Part shown: piece by piece, positions 31,467 to 40,040 of the stretch | How the letters are laid out: every line of letters starts with the position of its first letter | Position numbering within the stretch: position 1 is the first letter of the stretch | DNA from: an uncultured Planctomycetota bacterium | Lineage (GTDB): Bacteria; Planctomycetota; Phycisphaerae; Sedimentisphaerales; Anaerobacaceae | DNA length: 64,000 nt | Assembly (NCBI GenBank): GCA_963827315.1 | Contig: CAWHAL010000004.1 | Location: forward strand, 221,829-285,828 | Direction of reading: 5' to 3' | Notes under the pieces: model-generated | Seen by the model: only the letters and a program-made list of their open reading frames with translations | What the model was told of the DNA's origin: nothing | Database searches by the model: none | Program-made: the position numbers and the translations under genes

Positions 31467-31533
31467 ATCGACCTCACAGCTTCTTCCCTCGCGCCGCTGG
31501 CAACATTATACAATTAAACGAGGGTGTCAGCAC

Positions 31534-31589
31534 TCTGTCATCTGCCGTCTGTCGTCTGTCTTCTGCCTTCTGTCATCTGTTCTTTCGTC
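31534..31589. repeat. heptad tract TCTGNNN x8
   Basis: TCTGTCA TCTGCCG TCTGTCG TCTGTCT TCTGCCT TCTGTCA TCTGTTC TTTCGTC. Confidence 0.85.
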
Positions 31590-31660
31590 TCGTTTAGCTA
31601 AGTGTCCAAAATGAGCAATATGCCTTTTAAGAGCACTAAAAGCCGCTTTTTGCCCCTGAC

Positions 31661-31688
31661 TTGACTTTTTCAGCAATTTCCCTATATA
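31661..31688 (+). promoter_or_regulatory. putative sigma70-like promoter of dnaG-rpoD
   Basis: TTGACT-N16-TATATA, followed by the inverted repeat ATTAGCC-N6-GGCTAAT. About 110 nt upstream of ATG 31800. Confidence 0.4.
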
Positions 31689-31799
31689 TTATTAGCCGGT
31701 TTTGGCTAATCACTTTTGTTGCGATTTGTGGTTTTGGTACATAATCACACCGGGTGTGAAGGGATAATATCATTAAGGGCAAGGAGGTGGCGACAGTAC

Positions 31800-33598
31800 A
31801 TGCCGGGGACATTTGACCATACAATAGTCAGCCGGGTTCAGGAGGCTAACGACATCGTCGACGTGATAAGCGAGCATGTCAGCCTCGCAAAAAAGGGCAG
31901 GGAGATGGTTGGCTTATGTCCTTTTCACGACGACCATCGTCCGAGCATGAACGTGAACGCCGACAAACAGATATTCAAATGTTTTGCCTGCGGCGCCGGC
32001 GGCAATGTGCTCAAGTTCGTGCAGATGCGCGAGAACCTCACCTTCCCGCAGGCCATACAAAGGTTGGCCCAGCGGGCCGGCATAAAACTGAAACCGTCCA
32101 CGACGACAAAAACCAAAAGTCAGCAGGATGATGCCGACCCCAACCAGCTTGCGAAGCTAAACGCATGGGCTGCTGAGCATTTTCAAAACAATCTTAGAGA
32201 CAAAGAAAAAGGCGATGCTGTCCGCAAGTACATTGCCCAAAGACAAATTACACCCGAAAGCATAAAGAGATGGCAGCTTGGCCTCGCTCTTTCGGGAGAT
32301 GACCTCATCGCGGCTGCCTGTAAGCGCAATATTCCGCTCAAACTCCTCGAACAGGGGGGGCTGGTTGTAACCCGAGCCGGCGGCAGCGGCTTTACCGACA
32401 AGTTTGTAAATCGCCTGATGTTTCCCATTGCCGACGCGACGGGCAGGATAATCGGCTTCGGCGGACGAACCCTCGACGAAGCCGCGCAAAATATCTTAAC
32501 TCACCTGCAACCGCGCTGTTCGACAAAGGCAATGCTCTTTACGGTCTGTACCACGCCAGATGCCACATTGCGTCGTCCGGCATCGCGGTAGTTGTTGAAG
32601 GTTACACCGACTGCATAATGGCACATCAGTTCGGCTGTGCCAATATTGTTGCCAGTTTGGGAACCAGCTTCACCACAGGTCAGGCGCGTATCCTCCGCCG
32701 GTATGCGAAGGAGGTGGTTTTGCTTTTTGACAGTGACGCTGCTGGTATTGAGGCTGCCAACAGGGCGCTTGAACTTTGCCTTTTGCAGCGAATCGATATC
32801 AAGCTTGCGCACGTTCCTGAGGGAAAGGACCCCTGTGATTTTCTCCTGGCTGCCGGCAAGCAGCGATTCGAAGAACTCCTCAGCGGCGCCCACGATGTCT
32901 TAAAGTTCAAATGGGCCAGATTGAAAGACCGCTTCGGCCCCGAGCATACACTTGGCGATAACAAAGCAGCCATTGACGAGTTTCTCCAGACGGTGGCTGC
33001 TGCTATGTGGGCCGGCAATCTCTCTGCGATTGAGAAGGGTCTGGTGGTCAACCGACTCTCCACGATTATTCCTCTTGACAGCAGGCAGATTAACGCTGAG
33101 CTGTCTAAGAAAATCGTTGCCCTTACGAGAACAGGTCGCCGCAGTACAGAAGACAAAAAAGTTCCTGCCCTTGATTTCGGCCAGGGTTTGACTGCGGCAG
33201 CCCAGAGAGAGATACTCGAGGTTTTGTTGAACCGGCCGTCACTCTTTGAGCTTGCAAGGCAAAAAATTACACCGGCTGCCTTCGACGTGCCGGTATTAGC
33301 CAGAACCGCAGATGTGCTTTTTGAGACCTTAAACAGCGACCCAAATGCCTCACTGAAACAGGTTCTGGCCAAGGTAGAGGATATTTCTTTAGGTAACTGT
33401 ATTGTTGAATTGGCCCAGAGCGGTGCGCAGAAGGGGAATTTCGAAACTCGGCTGGCGGGGGCTTTGGATGTCATCCGGCGATTGCAGCAGCGAAAGGAAA
33501 TCGACAAAGGTACGACCGTTAAAACTCAAGCCAGATTTTTGCGTGATGTCCGTGAAGCGGCCGCCGAGCAAAATCCCCATAATATCGGGATGGTATAG
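31800..33598 (+). pseudogene. dnaG: DNA primase DnaG interrupted by an apparent 1-nt deletion near 32487 (true pseudogene or sequencing error)
   Basis: Zinc finger CPFHDDHRPSMNV...CFACGAGGN in frame 0. The frame-0 product ends GFGGRTLDEAAQNILTHLQ... The neighbouring frame reads KYLNSPATALFDKGNALYGLY...VVVEGYTDCIMAHQFG (Toprim) and runs to 33598. Adding one C in GCGC-AAAAT restores the canonical PKYLNSP. AAGGAGG sits upstream of ATG 31800. Confidence 0.8.
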
Positions 33599-33643
33599 TG
33601 AACAGTATATGGTGAGCTTGTCGAATCCGCTATCGAAATATAA

Positions 33644-33678
33644 TGGTAACTGGTTATTGGTTACTGGTAACGGGTTAC
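33644..33678. repeat. heptad tract TGGTWAY x5 with nested palindromes
   Basis: TGGTAAC TGGTTAT TGGTTAC TGGTAAC GGGTTAC. The outer inverted repeat is ATGGTAAC...GTTACCAT. Confidence 0.85.
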
Positions 33679-33702
33679 CATTTAACCATTAAAGGTGGTA
33701 TC

Positions 33703-35481
33703 GTGGCGAAGAAGAGATTAAAGGCAAAAAAACCGGGTAGTAATAATCTGGCTCCTGTGGCCGACACAGTCGAAGAGCCGCAGCAGCACGACCGCAAGAA
33801 GGACCCGCAGCAGCAGATAAAGGCCCTCATCGAAAAGGGCAAAAGCAGAGGATACCTCACCTACGAAGAGATGAACCGCCATCTTCCTGAGGAAGCTGTC
33901 AGCCCTGCCAGCCTTGACAAGCTCCTGGCGAGCCTCGACGAAATGGGCATCCAGCTCGTCGATGAAGCCGACCTGCAGCGCCCCGCCAAGGACGAGTTCG
34001 AGGAATTCGAAGAAGCTCCAGTTGACGAAGAGACCGCTTCCACTGAGCAGCTTGAAGAGGATGCGATGCTCGAAAAAGAGCTTGTTAGAGCCGGGGCCGC
34101 CCGAAGAATTGATGACCCTGTCCGGATGTATCTTACCCAGATGGGAGAGATACCGCTGCTGACCAGGGAAAGTGAAATCGCACTGGCACGCAAGATAGAG
34201 ATGGCGAGGATGGCCTTTCGAAGAAAAATGCTCGAATCCGATTACTGTGCCAGAAACGCCGTCACAATACTGCAGCAGGTTTCCGAAGGCACGCTTTCCT
34301 TTGACAGGACTATGAAAATCAGCACCGCTGAAAATTTCGTCAGAGCGGTAATAAAAAAACGCCTGTCCCAGAACCTCTGTACCATAGACAAGCTGCTGAA
34401 TCACAACCAGAACCTGTTCCGCAAACTTGTGCAGTCACCAGACACTGATGATGCAAAACATGCGCTGAGGCAGCTATGCCGAAACAGACGTAAGGTCGCG
34501 ACCCTTCTTGAAGAGCTCAGTCTGCGGACAAGCAGAATTCAGCCGATGAAAAATAAGCTCCACAGCATGAGCCAGAAAATGCATGAGTTGGAAGGGATAA
34601 TCAAGCAAGGCCCCAATGGCAATTATGCTCCTGAGGACGTCGATATGATGAAGCAGGAACTGGCCGGCCTGCAGGAGCTGGTCTTGGAAACACCAGACCA
34701 GCTTGATAAGAGACTGCGAACCATCGACAGAATTTTCAATCACTACGAGGAAGCAAAGCGGATGCTCTCGAGCGCGAATCTCAGGCTTGTTGTTTCCATC
34801 GCAAAAAAATATCGCAACCGCGGCCTGAGTTTTCTTGACATAATCCAGGAGGGCAACACTGGCCTTATGAGGGCCGTTGATAAATATGAGTACCGAAGGG
34901 GATACAAATTCAGCACCTACGCAACATGGTGGATTCGCCAGGCTATCACCAGGGCTATCGCCGACCACGCACGAACCATTCGCATCCCCGTTCACATGAT
35001 AGAGACTATGAGCCGGCTGCGGAACGCAACCAAAACTCTGCTTCAACAGCTCGGCAGAGAGCCGAAAGTCGAGGAAATCGCCGCCGAGGCCAATATGAAT
35101 ATCGAGGAGGCACGAAGGGTCCTCAAGATTTCAAGGCATCCCATCAGCCTCGACAGGCCTATAGGCGAAAGCGAAGACAGCTATTTCGGCGATTTTATCG
35201 AAGATGACAATGTTGACTCACCTGATTCCTTCGCCTCGCAGGGAATGCTCAGGGAAAGAATCGAAATGATTCTGAAAACCCTTTCGTATCGCGAACGCGA
35301 AATCATCAAGCTTCGTTACGGAATCGGCGACGGCTACACCTACACACTTGAGGAGGTCGGCAGAATCTTCAAAGTTACTCGCGAACGAGTTAGACAGGTC
35401 GAAGCCAAGGCGATAAGAAAGATGCAGCATCCCGTACGGGCCCGAAAGCTCGAAGGATTCCTCGACCACAAATCGGCATAG
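33703..35481 (+). CDS. rpoD: RNA polymerase sigma factor RpoD (sigma-70)
   Basis: Regions 1.1-4.2, including [51 protein letters not shown] and [23 protein letters not shown]. Start proposed at GTG 33703 (AAAGGTGG upstream). The ORF track ATG 33643 lies inside the heptad tract. Confidence 0.9.
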   Translation: MAKKRLKAKKPGSNNLAPVADTVEEPQQHDRKKDPQQQIKALIEKGKSRGYLTYEEMNRHLPEEAVSPASLDKLLASLDEMGIQLVDEADLQRPAKDEFEEFEEAPVDEETASTEQLEEDAMLEKELVRAGAARRIDDPVRMYLTQMGEIPLLTRESEIALARKIEMARMAFRRKMLESDYCARNAVTILQQVSEGTLSFDRTMKISTAENFVRAVIKKRLSQNLCTIDKLLNHNQNLFRKLVQSPDTDDAKHALRQLCRNRRKVATLLEELSLRTSRIQPMKNKLHSMSQKMHELEGIIKQGPNGNYAPEDVDMMKQELAGLQELVLETPDQLDKRLRTIDRIFNHYEEAKRMLSSANLRLVVSIAKKYRNRGLSFLDIIQEGNTGLMRAVDKYEYRRGYKFSTYATWWIRQAITRAIADHARTIRIPVHMIETMSRLRNATKTLLQQLGREPKVEEIAAEANMNIEEARRVLKISRHPISLDRPIGESEDSYFGDFIEDDNVDSPDSFASQGMLRERIEMILKTLSYREREIIKLRYGIGDGYTYTLEEVGRIFKVTRERVRQVEAKAIRKMQHPVRARKLEGFLDHKSA

Positions 35482-35513
35482 TTAGCCCCCAGGCCTGCCG
35501 GGGGGTCATCCTC

Positions 35514-36125
35514 CTATTTCAATTTCCAGTCGTCCGGGCAATAATCGAACCAGTGCTCGCCAAAAATACTGAAGTCCTTGAAATCGACATTCTCATCGCT
35601 GTACAAGTCCGCAAACTGCCCAGGACCGCTTTTGAGCCAGTCGTCAACAAAATTGGCCAGGTCATAAAAATTTACCTTGCATGCCTTAACATTGTAGCCA
35701 CACAGACTAACAGACTGGAAATTTATCCATCCGATATTCTCGCCCCAGGCCCAGCCGTCAAAGTTACCATTTGAATCGATGGTCACACCGCCATAGGAAG
35801 GGCTGAAATTTATCCAGCCGACATTTTCACCCCACGCGTAGCCGGAAAGGTTTCCTTGCCCATCGTTGAACACACCGCCGTAGTTTTCAGGCGACAGATT
35901 TATCCAGCCGAGGTTCTCCGCCCAGATAAAACCGGTCAATTTGTCACTGCTTACTGTTGCACCCGCATCTGGCCCTGCTGCATTTGGCTCAAAATTGAGC
36001 CAGCCGACGTTCTCACTATAGGCATATCGCGAACCGTCTTCATAAGGGTCGATGTTTTCGCCAAATACAGAAGCTGCGCTAAACACCCATAGAAAGAAAA
36101 CTACTTGTATTGTTTTACTGAACAT
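35514..36125 (-). CDS. secreted repeat protein (4x [YFW]-A-W-x-E-N-x-G-W-I-N-F units) with dockerin-like C-terminus
   Basis: Signal peptide. Repeats YAYSENVGWLNF, FIWAENLGWINL, YAWGENVGWINF and WAWGENIGWINF spaced 29-32 aa apart. C-terminal VNFYDLANFVDDWL and DENVDFKDFSIFGEHW. Confidence 0.6.
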   Translation of the reverse strand: MFSKTIQVVFFLWVFSAASVFGENIDPYEDGSRYAYSENVGWLNFEPNAAGPDAGATVSSDKLTGFIWAENLGWINLSPENYGGVFNDGQGNLSGYAWGENVGWINFSPSYGGVTIDSNGNFDGWAWGENIGWINFQSVSLCGYNVKACKVNFYDLANFVDDWLKSGPGQFADLYSDENVDFKDFSIFGEHWFDYCPDDWKLK

Positions 36126-36597
36126 TATAAAAATAACCTACTATCATCGCTCTTCTTGTCCCGGCGCTGCCATTTGCAATTCCCAATGAGTCACCTGCAT
36201 TGAGTACAACACATCTGTCCGGAAAATCCATAAAAGTCTTCCCATCCGGCGTACTATATGGCCCCCCTGTTAAGAAAGCACCGTTCTTTGTTAGATACAT
36301 AGCCGCATCGTGAAGAACCATCTTTAATAAGACGAATTGCTTGCCTGTCGGCACTGTAAAAAGTGTTATATTACTGTCTGACACCACTTCATTGTGGTCA
36401 ATAAGACCTTCCCTCTGGGATATACCCGATGAGCCGGCTGTCACAGCATCATATATCTCACTCAGCGTTTTCATAGTAGCCCCCGGAGGGGCGTTTGGCT
36501 CTAAGTTACCTGCCTTTACCAATAGAACGTAACCCAAAAGCCCGACCACCACGAGTAACGCCGCTGCCAAATGTGTGTCTGCTTTTTTCTGTTTCAT
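36115..36597 (-). CDS. hypothetical secreted/anchored protein
   Basis: AAAGGAGAAGG RBS. N-terminal TM/signal LAAALLVVVGLLGYVLL, then GNLEPNAPPGATMKTLSEIYDAV. Overlaps the downstream gene by 11 nt. Confidence 0.55.
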   Translation of the reverse strand: MKQKKADTHLAAALLVVVGLLGYVLLVKAGNLEPNAPPGATMKTLSEIYDAVTAGSSGISQREGLIDHNEVVSDSNITLFTVPTGKQFVLLKMVLHDAAMYLTKNGAFLTGGPYSTPDGKTFMDFPDRCVVLNAGDSLGIANGSAGTRRAMIVGYFYNVQ

Positions 36598-37131
36598 TTC
36601 CTTCTCCTTTAGAAAAAAGTTTTAACGTATTTATAGTGCACCTGTTGCGCACGAGTATCCTTGTAAAACTTATGGGAACTCAAAGAATTGAACGGCCTCT
36701 CTCCTGTTATCTCCATCCTCCTTTATCCCCGGCTGAACCTGTAAGACTGCAAGCGTTATATGTCCTTTTACCGGATAGTCAAGACCAAATTTACAAAAAA
36801 TATTGGCCGGGGTCATTGCGAGCAAACTTGTCCTGAGCGAAGTCGAAGGAGCGCGGCAATCTCGTTTAGCGTCCGCCGGCATGGCAGGTTTTTGTTTAGC
36901 GGTCGTCGGCACGACGACCTTATCTGAGGTTTTTATCTGGGACCCACTCAATTTGGCCAAGAACAGGGGACCCACCTCCCATTTAACCACTCCTCCGGGA
37001 TTGCTTTCCCCCCCAACGCCCGCCGTCTGGGCGTTTGTATTTAGCCCCGGCCTCCGGCCGAGGTTGCAAACGCCTGCCCTGTGGGATGCGCCGTATGCTA
37101 TCCCATCGGGGCGAGGAACGCTTAAATTTAC

Positions 37132-37159
37132 CCCCTCAATTTATTGAGGGGTTTCTTTA
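37132..37159 (+). terminator. terminator-like hairpin inside the 104-bp repeat (copy 1)
   Basis: CCCCTCAA-TTTA-TTGAGGGG followed by TTTCTTTA. No obvious upstream plus-strand gene. Confidence 0.3.
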
Positions 37160-37614
37160 CTGACGCCGGGGTGCAAACGCGAGGTCCGCTTATACCATTT
37201 CCGCGAAACGCGGCGTATTTAGCCTTGGGTTTTACCCTGGGTTGCAAACGTGAGGATTGCTTTCCCCTTCAACGCCCGCCGTTTGGGCGTTTGTATTTAG
37301 CCCCGGCCTCCGGCCGGGGTTGCCTGCGCGAGGTCCGCTTATACCATTTCCGCGAAACGCGGCGTATTTAGCCTTGGGTTTTACCCTGGGTTGCAAACGT
37401 GAGGATTACTTTCCCCTTCAACGCCCGCCGTCCGGGCGTTTGTATTTAGCCCCGGCCTCCGGCCGGGGTTGCCCACGCCTGCCCTGCTTGCCCCGTGAGA
37501 CGTGTCGTGTACTGTCTCACTGGGGTGAGACTTGCCCTGTGAGATGCGCAGTGTGCTATCTCATCAGGGTGCGCCGTATGCTATCCCATCGGGGCGAGGA
37601 ACGCTTAAATTTAC

Positions 37615-37642
37615 CCCCTCAATTTATTGAGGGGTTTCTTTA
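37615..37642 (+). terminator. terminator-like hairpin inside the 104-bp repeat (copy 2)
   Basis: Same sequence as copy 1. Lies about 170 nt upstream of the 693-aa gene. Confidence 0.3.
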
Positions 37643-37808
37643 CTGACGCCGGGGTGCAAACGCGAGGTCCGCTTGATATTCGTTTTCCTTCATATACCGC
37701 CGGTATAGAACGCAGAACGAGATTCCGGTTGCAAATGGACCCGTTTTGGGGATAGAATTCCAATGTGCGGGAATGAAGCACCGCGAAAAATAAATCGGAG
37801 ATTTTATT

Positions 37809-39890
37809 ATGGGCGTATGTGATGCGCATGACGCAGCTTGGGGATGCAAGAAAACGCTCGCAGAAGGTGAAGGTTTTGCGATCGCTGCTAGGTTCATGCA
37901 GGACTCGCCGATTCAGGAGAAACTTGTCGATAAATCCTTGGATGTATACAAGAGACTTGGCATGCCGTTGTCTAGGCAAAACTGTAAGCTTCAAATCGAG
38001 AGTATACAGGGTGCCACACTATGGTTAATCTGTGAGCAGTGCGCAAACCTGTTGAAGCTAAGCAGTGCCGACAAAGAGGCGGCGAGGGAAGCTGCCCGAA
38101 GATGGTGGAAGGACAAGAGTGCACCTGGTCATATGCCTGGACAAAAGACGACAGAAAGGAACAAAAAGCCAGCATATTTCATTATTTATGGAAATGGATT
38201 CACTCCATCAGCGATACAGGCGCATCTTATCCTGCGGTATTGGGTTGAAAAGGTAAAAGGCAAACTTGGCGAAGATATATGGGAACATATCAGGATGGAG
38301 CTGACAAGTAAAGAACACGGATCTAGGATGGTATTCACAGAGGTTTTCACTGAGGAGAAAAAGGTTCATCGGGGTCAGTTGGTAGATGGCCTGTTTCTAC
38401 TAGACTACAAAACAGGACAAGATATGGCACTTATTGCAGTGTGGGCGCCGGAAGATTCAGAGTATGTCGGCTCTTTATTGAAACCAAACCAAGCCGTGAA
38501 GCCGATGGCAATCGCCGAGGCCGAGATCGAGCAGATTCAGAAACAGGTTTGTGAAAAACCAAAAAACATTTACGAGATTCTCATGGACGCGATCTGCTGT
38601 GTCATGTGTGCTGATGGAAATGCGACGCCAAAGGAGCAAGAAGCGATTCATATCATTTTGGGTAAAACCAAAGCTTCTTGGACAAAAGAAGACATAGATA
38701 AGCGAATTGACGGCTTCCTGGAGCGAATCAAGATGGATGGTATGGACAAGATTGTTCAAGCGACCTGTGAGAATCTGCCCGAATTTAAGAGTAAAAAAAG
38801 ACGGGAGGTCTTGACGTTTTGTCTCGAATTTATTGCGCGTGCCGATGGAATAGTTGATGAAAAGGAAAAACAACTTATTGAAAAATTCAAGTCCGCTCTT
38901 GGAGTAGAGTCTGGCGATTCTGCCCCAAAGAGTGGGAGTCAGTCAAGCAAAGAAGAAAGGAAAACGGAAGAAGAAGAGCAAACAACTGTAAATTCCAGCC
39001 CATCAGATGATATCAATGCGAATAAATCTTCTGAACCGATTTTGCCTGATGGTAGTGTAGACGACCGTATCGATGGTTTATGGGACAGTGCTAAAAAGCT
39101 GGGTTGGTCGGAAACAGACTGCGAGAAAGAGATATCGATATATACAGAAATTCTCGGATTGGTTAATAAAAGTTCGAAATATAACGCATGTGCATCATTG
39201 CGCAATAGAGCAATTTCTTATAGGAATTTAAAGAAGTTCGACGAGGCTTTAAATGATCTTCAACATGAGTTGGAAATTGCTCAAAAAATCGGGGACCGAT
39301 ATCGCGTTATGGAATGCCAGAGAGTCATGAAAGAGACCAAACAAATGAAACAGGATGCTGAAATAAAAGCAAGCGGTGGTGAGAAGTCTTTAAAGGTCCA
39401 GTCCATGGAGCAACAGGCAAGTAAACTCTCTGACTCTGGTGCCGAGGGGGATGCAGCCTTTAAGAGTCTTTTCGAGGATTTAGCAAATAGCGATAGCGAT
39501 ATTCGTGCAAAGGCCTCGCAGCTATTGGCACACTCTTCCGAGGCTAGCAGCAAATTAATTAATGTGTATCAGGAGTCCCTTGTCGCAGATCCGCGAAAGA
39601 GTGTCCTTGCAGGGCGAGTGCTTGGTCGAAAACTTGACGGTGGAAGGCAAGACATGATTCCTGAACAAGTGACTATGCTGCTGTTCAGAGTCAAAATTGC
39701 ATTTACCCCGTGCGTTTGTGGACGCTGTGGCGAGCTGAATGTTGGTATCCCTGTACCTGAAAAAGGTTTGTATATTGGATTCTATGGCCAAACCGATGAC
39801 AAACATGGAGCATACGCTCTGCCTGTACTTTGTGATTACTGCGGCAAGGAATTCTTCATAGCGTGGGATAGTGACCCGCGAGGGCAATAA
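37809..39890 (+). CDS. hypothetical multidomain protein: TerB-like domain, acidic/Ser linker, TPR-like helices, C-terminal CxxC...CxxC zinc ribbon
   Basis: 693-aa ORF with GGAG 7 nt upstream of the ATG. ILMDAICCVMCADGNATPKEQEAIHIIL ... FIARADGIVDEKEKQLIEKF looks like a TerB-type fold. NRAISYRNLKKFDEALNDLQHELEIAQKIGD is TPR-like. CVCGRCGE...CDYCGKEF is a zinc ribbon. Confidence 0.6.
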   Translation: MGVCDAHDAAWGCKKTLAEGEGFAIAARFMQDSPIQEKLVDKSLDVYKRLGMPLSRQNCKLQIESIQGATLWLICEQCANLLKLSSADKEAAREAARRWWKDKSAPGHMPGQKTTERNKKPAYFIIYGNGFTPSAIQAHLILRYWVEKVKGKLGEDIWEHIRMELTSKEHGSRMVFTEVFTEEKKVHRGQLVDGLFLLDYKTGQDMALIAVWAPEDSEYVGSLLKPNQAVKPMAIAEAEIEQIQKQVCEKPKNIYEILMDAICCVMCADGNATPKEQEAIHIILGKTKASWTKEDIDKRIDGFLERIKMDGMDKIVQATCENLPEFKSKKRREVLTFCLEFIARADGIVDEKEKQLIEKFKSALGVESGDSAPKSGSQSSKEERKTEEEEQTTVNSSPSDDINANKSSEPILPDGSVDDRIDGLWDSAKKLGWSETDCEKEISIYTEILGLVNKSSKYNACASLRNRAISYRNLKKFDEALNDLQHELEIAQKIGDRYRVMECQRVMKETKQMKQDAEIKASGGEKSLKVQSMEQQASKLSDSGAEGDAAFKSLFEDLANSDSDIRAKASQLLAHSSEASSKLINVYQESLVADPRKSVLAGRVLGRKLDGGRQDMIPEQVTMLLFRVKIAFTPCVCGRCGELNVGIPVPEKGLYIGFYGQTDDKHGAYALPVLCDYCGKEFFIAWDSDPRGQ

Positions 39891-40040
39891 TAGGGACAGC
39901 TATCGTTTTTTACAGCCCCCTCGTCCCTTTTCCTTGTCCACTCCGCTGACTTCTCCGCCCGCGACTTCAATTTTAGTTTTACGTCGCCGCGCACGGGCCA
40001 CGAGCAACGAAATTTTCCTTCGGCCAAACCAAAAAATACA

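Larger units (their letters stand above)
36999..37674. repeat. mosaic array of palindromic units (REP/BIME-like)
   Basis: Identical 104-bp copies at 37088-37191 and 37571-37674. Identical 80-bp copies at 37179-37258 and 37328-37407. About 64-bp units at 37004-37067, 37260-37323 and 37409-37472. Each unit is built from short GC-rich hairpins. Confidence 0.85.

Noticed and set aside
32680-33507. 275-aa minus-strand ORF inside dnaG
   Set aside because: It is antisense to the Toprim/C-terminal half of the primase. It is Ser/Ala/Arg-rich with no recognisable motif.
36803-37646. ORFs of 75-129 aa running through the palindromic mosaic
   Set aside because: Their 'proteins' simply repeat with the DNA modules (for example PLIPFPRNAAYLALGFTLGCKRE twice). 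They have no RBS and are broken by the hairpins. They are best read as non-coding repeats.
36999-37674. Possible CRISPR array
   Set aside because: There is no single constant repeat alternating with unique spacers of uniform length. The modules are heterogeneous (104, 80 and 64 bp) and duplicated as blocks, and no cas genes are in the window.
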